NCBI GenBank assembly: GCA_043228905.1
Contig: JBHGNT010000020.1
Location: 682,001-746,000 of the forward strand
Direction: 5' to 3'
Origin: Azolla caroliniana
Lineage: Eukaryota > Plantae > Polypodiophyta
DNA length: 64,000 nt
Both the position numbers and the translations under genes were made by a program. Below are positions 24,401 to 36,192 of this stretch, piece after piece. How positions within the stretch are numbered: the stretch's first letter is position 1; each line of letters begins with the position of its first letter. The notes beneath the pieces were generated by a model, which saw only the letters and a program-made list of their open reading frames with translations, did not search any database and was not told the DNA's origin.

Positions 24401-25048
24401 GGTACCGGCTTTTACCTTGTCAAATACATCGGCATAAGGATGATATTTTGCCGGAAGTTGTATTGAGGAGTCCTTCTTAATAGTGCTAGAAGGATGTACT
24501 GATATGGCAAATAGGAACATTGCCTCCTTGGGTCCTTCTTCGCGTAGTTGATGGAGTGAAATGGTCGAAACTCGGTGAGTTGATTCTTGGGGTGGTCGAT
24601 ATCGGACTTCTCTTGTTCTCCAATCTATGGCTGGATTATGTAATTCAAGCCAAGGTAATCCTAGGACAATGGGATGCTCTGGACTACTAATTATATTAAA
24701 TGATATTATACACACAAAACTACCTAGGACAACTTGAATGGGTTCTGATTCTTCTACAATATTCCCGAAAGCAATGGGACGACCATCAATGACCACTACA
24801 GATGCGGGACAAGGAAGTTTTCTTAAGGATATCTGAGAAGCTTGGGCAAAATTTCGATCCATGAAACAGGAATTAGCTCCGGAATCTAAAAGTGCTAGGA
24901 CGGGTACTGGGGGAGTACTTTTAGTACTAACAATGACTTGGGCTAGGAACACATTGCTAACTTGCTTGGAAGGAATGGAACCACTAATGGGTTGTACAGA
25001 TCTAGGGCTGCTGTCCAACCAAATGGCTCCTATTTTGGCTGGACTCAA
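21492..25048 (-). pseudogene. pol: Chromovirus pol (PR, RT, RNaseH, IN, chromodomain) with two lesions
   Basis: LLDSGA, KIDLRGAY, MPFGLTNAP, YLDD, DASD, HDKELLA, HHCC, CLDFI/SDRG/TDGQAE, LGPF, chromodomain YEVAAILD...YLVDWLGY...TWEP. In-frame TGA at 23132-23134 and a frameshifting deletion near 21815. Confidence 0.93.
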
Positions 25049-26202
25049 TCGTTTAACTCTTCATCTAATTTACTAAGGATTTCAAATTTATTTGAGATAC
25101 TTGGGCTATTAGTACTATGAATACTATCTGACACTCTATTAGTACTATTAATACTATCAGACACTCCGAAGGGAAGAATTGTCTCGGATTTAGTACAGGC
25201 GACGATTTGATTTACCTGTCTTCTTGGCCTATGGGGACAATTGATGGCGATATGTCCTGGTCCACCGCAATAAAGACATAATCGATTGGCACGTCGTCGT
25301 TGCTTTTCTTCTTCCGATAACGGGCCGCGTCGACGCATGGTATCGATCTCCATCGGTGTCGAAGTATTTGCTTGAGGTATGTCTTGTGCAAATGGTTTAG
25401 TCGCGACTGCGGCGTAAGTGGGCTCTAGCCTAGAGCGTGGTATCTGTAATTGACGTTCTGAACGCCGTTCAAAAAGGCGGTTGTCACATCGAACTGCTCG
25501 ACTGATTGCCTCCGTAAGAGACTTTGGTTCTTCGGGGAAAGTTAGAAGTAGATCTTTGACATCGTTTCGCAAGCCATAACGAAACTGCTCCATTAGTGCT
25601 TGATCATCCCAGGGTATATCTGAAGCAAGTAGGCGAAAATCCGCCGCATAGGCAGAGGCTGGACGATCGCCTTGACGCAATCGCCGGATCTTGTTGATCG
25701 CCGTCCTGATGCTGTCGGTGTCTCCAAAGCAGGCTTTAAACTCACCAATAAAATCTTCAAAGTTATTAAGCAAGGGCGATTGTTTTTCTAGAAGTGGAGC
25801 GAACCATGCCAAGGCTGAGCCGCTAAGTAGCGTGCCTATTAGGCCGACTCGAGATGCATCAGTGGGATATCGGGAAGGATGCATCTGGATGACTAAGCGT
25901 ACCTGATTAAGGAATCCTCGGAATTGCGAACGCGTTCCATCAAATTTCACAGGAAGTCCAATCTTGGGCTCTTTATGAAATCCTTGGGGACTGGATCCTT
26001 GTTGTTGCAACGCTGCTTCGAGTTGTTGTACCCGTAACGCTAACTCCCCATGTTGTTGTTGCGTTTGTTGTTTTTCTAGAGCGATTTGTTGCAGATCCCC
26101 TATCAGCCGTTGGTTTTCTTGTTCCAGGGCAACAAACTTTTCTTTTAGACACTGTAGTTCGGAGAAAACGGATTGGTATTCTTGGGTGCTAACAGTAGCC
26201 AT
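25045..26202 (-). CDS. gag: Chromovirus Gag (coiled coil, capsid, CCHC zinc knuckle), 385 aa
   Basis: Open ORF with KFDG...RGFL.Q, LRQG, FRYGL, PMEID and CLYCGGPGHIAINC. Confidence 0.92.
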   Translation of the reverse strand: MATVSTQEYQSVFSELQCLKEKFVALEQENQRLIGDLQQIALEKQQTQQQHGELALRVQQLEAALQQQGSSPQGFHKEPKIGLPVKFDGTRSQFRGFLNQVRLVIQMHPSRYPTDASRVGLIGTLLSGSALAWFAPLLEKQSPLLNNFEDFIGEFKACFGDTDSIRTAINKIRRLRQGDRPASAYAADFRLLASDIPWDDQALMEQFRYGLRNDVKDLLLTFPEEPKSLTEAISRAVRCDNRLFERRSERQLQIPRSRLEPTYAAVATKPFAQDIPQANTSTPMEIDTMRRRGPLSEEEKQRRRANRLCLYCGGPGHIAINCPHRPRRQVNQIVACTKSETILPFGVSDSINSTNRVSDSIHSTNSPSISNKFEILSKLDEELND

Positions 26203-26272
26203 AGTATAGGGAAAAGGGTAGGAGGATGAGGGAGAGTGACAAGTAGGCTAGAGGAAAAAAATTGGTTCAAAC

Positions 26273-26698
26273 TGTCAGGAATAGTACTAAAGCAGAGATG
26301 GAATTAGTACTAAGAAGAGTAGTACTATTAGTACTAAGAGGACGGGACTGCGTAAGATTCCCGAGAGAGAGGAAGTGAGAAGAGGAGAGAGAGAGAAATA
26401 GGATGATGACAGCAGCTCTTATATTATATGAAAGATAAGTACAAATCGACTAAGAGGCTTAAGATTGGTGTTGAACCAATTTGGTTCAAAACAATGCCTT
26501 GTGCCTCCTTTTATAGTGTTTTTAGGAATAATCCTAAAGCTTCTAGAATTTTTCAGATAGATCTGGAATATACATCAATTTTCTATAATAAAGTATAAAT
26601 GAAAATAATATCCTACAAAATACAATTCATAGTCTAATGGTAAGAGCTCGACCCATGTAGCATAAAGTCATGGGTTCGAGTCTTGCCATATCATGACA
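26273..26698 (-). repeat. 5' LTR of the chromovirus
   Basis: Direct repeat of 21055-21480; TATAAAA on the minus strand at ~26509-26515. Confidence 0.96.
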
Positions 26699-29600
26699 GA
26701 GACAGTGAAATATCAACACCAATAGTGTAAGCTAAGTCCTGGCACACATTCTCTTGATTCAATATTTGGCCACACCATCCAAGATCAACCAGATCATTCT
26801 CAGTGCATCTAATGAGCATCGACTTCCTCATATTTATTTGTAATCTTGACACTAATGCGAACACATTCCACACCTCCATGGCTTTAGCTATATTATCACG
26901 CACCACTTTGAGAAATAAAAATGAATCATCGACCAATGCTTGAGCTATTAATTGTTTCCCTGATGGTAGAGCTAGTCCAACTATTTCCTCACATATTGCC
27001 AACTCATGCATCTTCACCAAAATCGGGTGATAGTAGCAATTGCAAATAATAATGGACTCAATGGACATCCTTGTCTAAGTGATATTGCCAATGGTATTGC
27101 CTTAGTAACTTCACCATTTAACATAATGTGTGACACTGCACATAATCCCACCAACAAAGAGATTCGAGACATCCTTTCCCCAAAACCCATATGAGACATA
27201 AGTTGAGTAATAAAATACCAACTTACATTATCATATGCCTTCTCAATATCTAGTTGTATCATTGCAATTTGTTGTTTGGATTTCTTTGCATAATCCACTG
27301 CCATTTGCACATTCAAAATATTATGCAGGATATCCCTTCCCTCAATGAACCCATATTGCATTAGATGGATCACAGACGACAATACCTTTTGAAGTCTATT
27401 GGCAATTACTTTGGCAAAAAATTTATACAACCCACCCATTAATGATATGGGTTTCCATTGAGCAAAAGACATAGGAGATACAACTTTTGGTATAAGTTTA
27501 ACAAGACCAAATTCCATGAATTAGGCATTTTACTAGAACTCCATAGCATTGTTAGAGGGACTTTGAGTTGTTGTACAAAGGCTTTAAAAAACTTATTTGT
27601 AATGTCATCCCAACTTGGACGTTTATCAGTTGAAAGATGTGACAATACACATTCCACCTCCTCCTTTATATCATCCTCCAAGGCAATCATAACATGTTGC
27701 CCACCAATCGTCTTGACTGATTTAAATAACATTGATTGCGCTTGTGTTATGTCACCATTTAGAGTACATTCTTGCTCAAAAAGATTCGTGAAATGTTTTA
27801 ACATAATTATCAATAATCACTTGTGGGTTTGTATTCAAAGTTCCATCAATCTCTACACATACCACATTCATTCTAGCATGAGATGCATGCAACCCATGGT
27901 AAAACTTATGTGAATGACAGTTGAGATCATGTAATGCATTTTTCATAGCCATCACCCCTGATTGTTGATAACTACGAACCTCTAACACTTGACATAAGGC
28001 TTGTGATAGTGTCTCTTGAATATCCAACAACACATCATCAAATGGATTTTTTACCAACAATGTGTTACATTTGTCTAGAAATTGTTGGATGAAACTCATC
28101 TTTTGTCTATGGATGGATGCTTGATAAATTCCATAATATCATGTAAATTGTTGAATATTAGAAAGGCAAATATCCCATGACGAAACACTGTGGACATTGA
28201 CATGTCTAGTAAACTCCCCTACCAATTGTCCCATAGCATTTTTAAAGTTATCATGTCCAAGAAAAGGTGAATTAAATTGGAATGGTTGTCTTTCCAATAA
28301 AGCTCTAAAACCATCCACAATTTGATGTATGCATTCCAAAACAACCAGGAAATGATATGATGATCCAGTCCCCCAATACATTTGCATATTCAAAAACTTT
28401 GGCAAGAATGTCTCATCGTGCATAATATAAATGTGATCCAATCTACTCCAAATTTCTCTATATAATGCAGATTGAAATGTATAACTAACATCATTTCCAT
28501 TAATACAAGTCCATGAATCATACCTTAAGACCTCCATCATAAACAAATCCCATACCTCTTCTTTGGGAGCATCCATCATGCCATGCATCGAAGTAGATTG
28601 ACCGGCCTCAAAACACATATTAAAATCACCTAACAAAAAACTTGATCTTCCATGATGTAAAACTTGATTGTTTGAAAGTGGCGGGTTCCCATGAGGTACC
28701 CGTGTCTTGGTGATAGTGGTGGTACATGTGTAACCCTTGGAGATGCATGTGTTAATGTTATTGTGGTTCATGAAGAATATGATAAATGAGATACACTTAG
28801 TTATAGTTGGCCAACACATTTTTGGAGTTTGTCATACTCTAGCTTTTGTGGAAAGCCATGTCCTTATTTGAATACCTAATCACTTTCATGAGATTCTTTG
28901 CCGCAAAGAGGAGTGTTGGACAATTGTTGGTAAATCCTCAGAAAGAAAGCTCCTTGTTTACGTAAAAAATATATGAATATGTATTTATATATGTATGTAA
29001 GTGGATGAATGAATGGTTGTATGAATGTAGGTCTATGATTGAATAAGTGTGTGTGTGTGTGTGTGATTGTATAAATGCTAGTATGATTGTATGTATGTGA
29101 GGATTGAATAAGTGGATGCTTCGTGATGTATGTATATATTTGTATGCATATATCTGTGTTAATATTATGTTGCAAGATTTCTATGTATGCAACAACTCTA
29201 ACCCTAACCATAAACCTAAACCTAAATCCTATGTACTTGTGAATAGGTAGATCTCGATTAGTTACACAAGAGAGCTTGGATATGCACTCACTTTGTTGTT
29301 GGGTCTCGATGGAGGGGGAAGGAGGATAGTTGAGAAATGGGGGATTCTGAAGACCTCCTTCCTTATATTTAAAATTTTTAAAGAGGGATTATGAATCCAC
29401 CAAACCAGAAGGTTTGGGTCATCTATATGTGTACGTATATCGTTTGTTTTAGAGTTAAATCTCAAGTTTTCATCCTAATGTCTAGAAGGAATGTTTCTTT
29501 GAATGATCATGACTCATGCAATCACTTGTCTCGCATCACACACATACTACACAAAGGGTGATGAAAGCATGTGTGTCTTGTATGGTTATGTATGTATGCA

Positions 29601-29811
29601 TGTGTATGTGTGGGGGGGTGTGTACTATTTTTGTTGTGTGGACATGTTTGTGTTTCTTAATCGTTGATCTAATGATAGGATTACCTTTGATTAGTTTTTT
29701 GTATTTGAAACTATAGATTAAAAATTATGATTGAACACTACACAAAAGCAAGTTCCTCCAAAGAATTTGTTTGGATGGTCTTAAAACCTAATACTTGAGA
29801 AACTGTCTTGA

Positions 29812-30123
29812 ATTTGAACTTTTCACTAAATTAAGTCTTTGGAGAGAATAATACTAGGTTCAAATTTGAACCTTTCATGTCTTACTTTTCACTAAATTAA
29901 GTCTTTGGAGAGAATAATGCTAGGTTCAAATTTGAACCTTTCATGTCTTACTTTCACTAAATTAAGTCTTCCGAGAGAATAATGCTAGGTTCAAATTTGA
30001 ACCTTTCATGTCTTACTTTTCACTAAATTAAGTCTTTGGAGAGAATAATGCTAGGTTCAAATTTGAACCTTTCATGTCTTACTTTTCACTAAATTAAGTC
30101 TTTGGAGAGAATAATGCTAGGTC
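29812..30123. repeat. ~66-bp minisatellite, about 4.7 copies
   Basis: Unit TTTCACTAAATTAAGTCTTTGGAGAGAATAATGCTAGGTTCAAATTTGAACCTTTCATGTCTTACT. Confidence 0.93.
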
Positions 30124-30847
30124 AAATTCTTATGTGGCACATCCTACACCATGATCTTTGGATGGTGCCACAACTTCTCGAAGGTGAGTTGGTAATGGAT
30201 GATGCCATTGATGCTGAGGGAAGTAAGAAAGATTGGTTCATCTGTTTACAAAATCAACTCACAACAAAGTGATTCTATGTCTCCCCAAGTTTTCCTCCAA
30301 TATTTAGACCCCCTCTCATATAAGAATATCTTGATATGAAAAATTACAAACCTCACCACCTCCGTATGAAACAACATAAGAACCCAATTGCTTCTATGGG
30401 TCGTGCTAGTTGTCTATGAATATGTTGATTCCGAGTCATGAAATTGTTTATGCTGATGCTATGTTTTAACATGAACTTCCATTTCTATACACGTGTCCTA
30501 GAATTAGCTTCAAAGCATAAAGATATGGACAAAAGGATCAAATTGATATTCAAGAGGAGAGGATTGAAGATATTGAGAGAGAGAATTAGATAGGAATGTA
30601 AGAAGTTGGAAACACTTTGATTCGCTTGAAGAGAGGATTTGAAGAGGAATGTTGTTCGACCAACCTTCACACCTTTCACAGGAGGTCATCATTTAGACTT
30701 CGCTCCAACTTTTTTGAACATAGCTCGATTTTTTGGCCTCTACACATACAAACTTCTTTCAACCTCGGCTCACCTTAACCCTACAATTTGACTTCTTCAA
30801 CTTTGTACATACATGTCAATTTTACATACATATGCATGCAATGGTCG

Positions 30848-30953
30848 TACATACATACATACATTACATAGATAGATAGATAGATAGATATATACATACA
30901 TACATGGATACATACATACATTACATAGATAGATAGATAGATAAATACATACA

Positions 30954-30984
<31 letters not shown>

Positions 30985-31020
30985 CATACATACATACATA
31001 CATACATACATACATACATA
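30848..31020. repeat. (TACA)n/(TAGA)n microsatellite
   Basis: Read directly from the sequence. Confidence 0.93.
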
Positions 31021-31044
31021 CCAACATTACATAAATAGCGAGAT

Positions 31045-31681
31045 ACATTGCCATATATTTAAAAGGTGATTTGGCTAGTCTCCAAAAAATTGAAATGACC
31101 CTAACCACATTCTGCAAGGCTTCAGGTGCACTTGTCAATTGGAACAAATCCTTGGCATTTGGGTTGGGGATGAACATCCTCCATTATGGAATCCACATCC
31201 ACAATTTTGGTGGATACCGCAGGGTACCCCAGTTCGGTACCCTAGGATATACAATAGGTATTGATATATCAATAGAAAATCAAGGGGTACTCCTCCTATT
31301 GACATTGCGGAAAAAGTTATTATTATGGAGCTCAACCAAACCGTCTTTCGCTAGCTGGATTGTAGTTGCCAATCAAGTATTGTTGGCAACAAAATGGTAT
31401 TTTCTGCCTTGTTGGATCTTTTGCAAGTCTTACCTTAACTCGTTCTAAAGGAGGATTAGGTATTATTGATCTAGTAGATCAATCAAGTGCACTGTTAACT
31501 AAATTGATTATTAGAGGATTTACTCCAGGCAGGAGATATGGAAAGTATTGTTGCCTCACCGTTGTTCGGAATGCTCTCCTTGCTTAAGTGCACCTTGGTT
31601 GAAGGATGTAAGTTGGATATTTAGGGAAAGTTTTCGAGTACCTTCCTCCCATGGATGGGGGGACAAATTTATTAGGTTTGA
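31045..31681 (+). mobile_element. L1-type LINE fragment (post-RT region), interrupted by a family A LTR element
   Basis: FCKASGALVNWNKS, LGYTIGIDI, LLLWS...IVVANQVL, KGGLGIIDL. Confidence 0.75.
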
Positions 31682-32736
31682 TGTCACAGACATGACAACA
31701 ATCATGTCAAGATTTGAACTCTTGACCTCTTGACATATATAGTCAAGTGTTGTGTTCCGCACATTGTCGCTCACATCCATTGGTGTTCCAATTCCCGATG
31801 AGGACCGCACATGGTCGCTCACATCTGTTGGTGTTCCTGTCTCTGGTGAGGACTGCACATGGTCACTCACATTGGTGTTCCAGTCTCCGATGAGGACCGT
31901 ACATGGTTGCTCATGCCCGTTGGTGTTCCAGTTCCCGATGAGGATCATACATTGTCGCTCACACTCACGTTGGTGTTCCAGTCTCCGGTGAAGGCCAAAC
32001 ATGGTTGCTCACACTCACATTGGTGTTACAGTCTCTGGTGAGGACTATACATGGTCGCTCACACCCGTTGGTGTTCTAGTCTCCGGTGAGGACCACACAT
32101 GGTCGGTTGCGTTCACCCGTGGTCCTATTTCTGGTGAGGACTACTCATGGTCACTCATTCCTCAACGTACTTTGGTTTTCTCTTTTAGCTCACCCGTACA
32201 CCACACTTTCGAAAATGCGGCCATAAAGGGGAAGATAATGTCACAAACATGACAACAGTCATGTCAAGATTTCTCTTGACATATATAGTCAAGTGTTGTG
32301 TTCTAACCAACACATCTAAATATATGGTCATGTTATGTATATCTTAGTAGATTATTAGTAGATTATCTATTTCAGCTCCTAGGAGTTTTTAGAAAGCTCT
32401 AGAACTAGAAGGTTCTAGAGGTTTCTAAGATATTCTCCAAAATATTCTAATGCATGTACTTTGACTCACATTATAAATACTTGTAACCTCCTTGGTTCTT
32501 TTCAAGGGATTCAACACCAGTCATTGGCACATCAATCTAGTATTCTTGTTTAGCCCCATCTTCTCTCCTTGATGTAAATATGTGTCTTTATGCTCTTGTA
32601 TTGTTCCTAGCGTCTTAAGTTCCTCATCTCATCGCTCCCAACTTCCCGAGTTTCTAGCCTCATCATGTCGAGTTCCACGTTCGTAACCTTCTCGATCGTA
32701 GCCTTGTCATAGTCTAGCATTGGTGTGTTCGTGACA
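31682..32736 (+). mobile_element. Internally deleted LTR element, family A (~75-bp 5' LTR stub, ~51-bp tandem array, PPT, 3' LTR 32238-32736)
   Basis: TGTCA...TGACA termini, TSD TTTGA/GTTGA (4/5), PPT AAAGGGGAAGATAA; LTR homologous to 20542-20993. Confidence 0.82.
31757..32160. repeat. ~51-57-bp tandem repeat, about 8 copies
   Basis: Unit CACATGGTCGCTCACA...GTTGGTGTTCCAGTCTCCGGTGAGGAC. Confidence 0.88.
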
Positions 32737-32979
32737 GTTGATTGTTTTTTTTGCATAGAAACAAGTCTTACTTGTTTTGTTATGCAATAAACCCAACCCT
32801 ATGCATTATGTTGAGTATCTTAGACAAAAGGTAGTCGAGAACCCACCATTTACAACATCAGATGGTTTAGTGCTAGGTTCTAGACAGTGGTTGACATGGG
32901 GAAAAATGGTAGAAGCTTTTGCTAACTTAGTCAGGACTTAGAAGGTTTTTTTATCGTGCTTCTAGGAAGAGCAAAAACG

Positions 32980-33011
32980 TACATACATACATACAACATA
33001 CATACATACAT

Positions 33012-33042
<31 letters not shown>

Positions 33043-33043
33043 T

Positions 33044-33074
<31 letters not shown>

Positions 33075-33579
33075 TACATACATACACACATACACACATA
33101 CATACAGACATACATACATACATACATACATACATACATACATACATACATACACACATACATACATACATACACACATACATACATACATACATACATA
33201 CATACACACATACATACATACATACACACATACATATACATGCATGCATACATACATACATACATACATACATACACACATACATATACATGCATGCATA
33301 CATACATACATACATACATACATAATGGACATACAATAAGTTCATGTGTGCTTAGAAAAGGGCAAATGGAAGAGACATACATACATACATATACATACAT
33401 ACATACATACATACATACATACATACATACAAACAGACACACATACATATACATACACACATACATACATATACATGCATGCATACATACATACATACAT
33501 ACATACATACATACATACATACATACATACACATACACACATACATACATATACATGCATGCGTACATACATACATACA

Positions 33580-33611
<32 letters not shown>

Positions 33612-33690
33612 CATACACACATACATACATACATACATACATACATACAATAAGTTATTGTGTGCTTAGAAAAGGGCAAATGGAAGAGAG
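32980..33690. repeat. Long (TACA)n/(CA)n microsatellite field with a ~314-bp higher-order duplication
   Basis: Unique anchor TGTGCTTAGAAAAGGGCAAATGGAAGAGA at 33347 and 33661. Confidence 0.93.
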
Positions 33691-34320
33691 CGAGAATCGA
33701 TCCCATGACTCCATAAAATCATGAAGAGTCTGAGATTAGCGAGAGTAAAAAAGAAGAAGAAGAAGAAGAAGAAGAAGAGAGAAGTAGAACGAGAAAGGAG
33801 GCGCAGAGGTCGCCATAGCTCACCATCCCCCCCCCTCCCCCATCTCCATTTGATTTCCTTCCTCTCCAAATTTTGCTCCAAAATCTGGCAATAGATAGAT
33901 ATGTATATATATATATTTCTCCTTCCTTCCTGCATATCAGATCCTCCCCCCACCCCCCCTTTTTCAAAATATATATCACAAGATCACAGATAACACCTGC
34001 CTTTCTTTCCGTATCTGAAAAATTTTGTGCTCTTGATCTGCGCCCACATACATGCATACATATATATATACATCACTTCTTCTCGCTCTGCATTCAGTAT
34101 GCACAAATCCACAAGAGTAGCATCTCTGTAAATGTGTATGTATGTATATGTGTATGCATGTATGTGCTTTTAAATCATCTTTCCCTGCATTTATCCATCC
34201 ATATTTGTCTTAGAGTTATCCGCAAACCTACTCTGATTATGATTACACGCACACACACATAGAGTGTTTAGTAGAAAACCCATTCTTAAACCTACAGGAA
34301 CTGGAAAAGTGGTTAAAGAC

Positions 34321-36192
34321 ATGGGTTTGGTGATGAATCAGAGCAGCAAGGACAAATATTCTGGATCCTTGGAATATTATGTGGCTGACAAAACCCTAAA
34401 GGGAATCACGCAGCGTCGTCACCATGCGGCGGTGGTGGAAGCTCTTCTACATGGGATTGGGGATGAGCCGATTCAGGCCGCGGAAGAGATCCGAATCTTA
34501 ACCAAGAGCTCGGCGAAGAGTAGGGCCTATATGGCAGCATCGGGGGTCATTGATCCTTTGGTCTCTATGCTAATTACCTCCGCGGACATGGTGGCGAAAG
34601 AGGCTTCGATGCTAGCTCTTCTGAACTTGGCAGTCGGCAACGAGAGGTACAACTAACACATCCCATCTATCAATATATCTATATGTATTGATTGAATCCA
34701 AATATCGATGTCTGCATGTTGTGTCATGTGCATGTATCTATGTGGTATAATGTATGTAGTTATGCATAAGCTATATACTTTGATGTAAGATGTAAGTATG
34801 CATACATTTATATTCATGTGTATGTATGTATACCTGTATGCATTTATATGCATGTGTATGTATGTATACCTGTATGCATTTATATGCATGTGTATGTATG
34901 TATACCTGTATGCATTTATATGCATGTGTATGTATGTATACCTGCAAGAATTGATGTATGTGTATGTATGTATACCTGCAAGAATTGATGTATGTGTATG
35001 TATGTATACCTGCGAGAATTGATGTATGTGTATGTATGTATACCTGCGAGAATTGATGTATGTATATGTATGTATACCTGCGAGAATTGATGTATGTGTG
35101 GATGTATGTATACATGCAAGAATTGATGTATGTGTGGATGTGTACATTCAAGAATTTATGTATGTGTGGATGTGTATCTAGGTATTACACACATTATTAA
35201 TGGAATGCCTAAATTGTAAAGGGTTCCTTTTTTTACATTTTGCTTTAGCATGCAGTAATTTCTTTGTTATGGTCTAATTCTTTTGAGCTTTAAAACTTGA
35301 CAGGAACAAGATAGCCATTGTGAACTTCGGAGCCATTCCTCCATTGGTGGAGCTTCTACGATCCGAAACGCAGGAGCTCATCGAATCGACCGTGGTTTTG
35401 ATGCTTACGCTCTCGGCAGCCAATTCGAACAAGGTAATAATAGGGAAATCAGGGGCCATCCCTCTCCTTGTAAAGGTCCTAACAATGTCCAAGACCCAAC
35501 AAGGGAAGGAGGATGCAATCATGACATTGTATAACCTATCGACATGTACCCGGAATCTGGTCCCGATCTTGGAGGCTAGGGTGATACGCCCACTTCTCGT
35601 GTTCCTCAAAGCATGCAAGAAGGCCTCTAGGGCTGCGGAGAAGACAGTGGCCATCTTAGAGGTAGTAGCTATGTTTGGCGAGTCGAGAGCGGACATAGCC
35701 AATGAGGAAGGGGGTATATTGGCATTGGTAGAAGTTGTGGAGAGCGGGTCGGGCCTTGGCCGCGAGCACGCGGTCTCGGCCCTCTTGACCATGTGTGAGA
35801 ACAATACTACACACAAGTATAGGCGAGCCATCCTAGAGGAAGGCGCCATCCCGGGCCTCCTAGAGCTCACAATCCAAGGCTCAAGCCGGGCCCAGAAGAA
35901 GGCGAAACGGCTCTTGCACCTCTTGAGAGATGCGGGATCCTCGTCTTCTTCTTCTTCTTCGGGGGGCCCGCCCCAAAGGTCTTTCTCGGCTTCAGCCATT
36001 CTTCTTGAGTCCATGGTTTACATGGAGCCGTCGGATTGCAATGATGCCCAGGCGGGGGAGAAGAGGTTTACGGAGATGCTTGCGGAAGTGGTCATCGAGA
36101 TGAATGGCCCGGACCCGAACCTCATGACCACCACCACCACCACCACCACCACTAGGGGGGCTCACTTGATGTCTCGATCGAATTCGTCGTAA
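34321..36192 (+). CDS. ARM-repeat protein (PUB-like, no U-box seen), 2 exons, ~404 aa
   Basis: Exons 34321-34646 and 35304-36192, GT-AG phase-2 intron within NER|NK. Motifs AAEEIRILTK, GVIDPLV, ALLNLA, GAIPPLV, LYNLS, EGGILALVEVVE, GAIPGLLELT. Start codon not certain. Confidence 0.9.
34815..35175. repeat. Intronic minisatellites (~36-bp then ~34-bp units)
   Basis: TATGTATGTATACCTGTATGCATTTATATGCATGTG about 3 times, then CAAGAATTGATGTATGTGTATGTATGTATACCTG about 7 times. Confidence 0.88.

Larger units (their letters stand above)
21055..26698 (-). mobile_element. Full-length Ty3/Gypsy chromovirus (Tcn1-like)
   Basis: 426-bp LTRs at 21055-21480 and 26273-26698 with about 9 mismatches, TG...CA ends, perfect TSD GAGAC, PPT AGGGAGAGATAG (21481-21492), gag-PR-RT-RH-IN-chromodomain order. 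Confidence 0.97.
20250..28670 (-). mobile_element. Degenerate L1-type LINE ORF2 (EN+RT), split by two LTR-element insertions
   Basis: EN: LLGDFN, SRLDHIY (28139-28670). RT: WKPISL...YKFFAK, QYGFIEGRDI, LDIEKAYD, LRQGCPLSPLLF (27014-27517) and LVDD (26691-27068). Homology continues at 20994-21054 (LSQSLNWI) and 20250-20360 (TRLKVVQAIMIPIISY). Confidence 0.82.

Noticed and set aside
29812-30123. CRISPR-like array
   Set aside because: Head-to-tail repeats with no unique spacers, no cas genes, eukaryotic context. The same applies to 31757-32160 and 41195-41566.
32931-33724. MYVC/HTYI-rich ORFs (also 30781-31177, 34653-35151, 40828-41075)
   Set aside because: Translations of TACA/TATG microsatellites.
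35274-36014. 246-aa antisense ORF
   Set aside because: Shadow of ARM exon 2.
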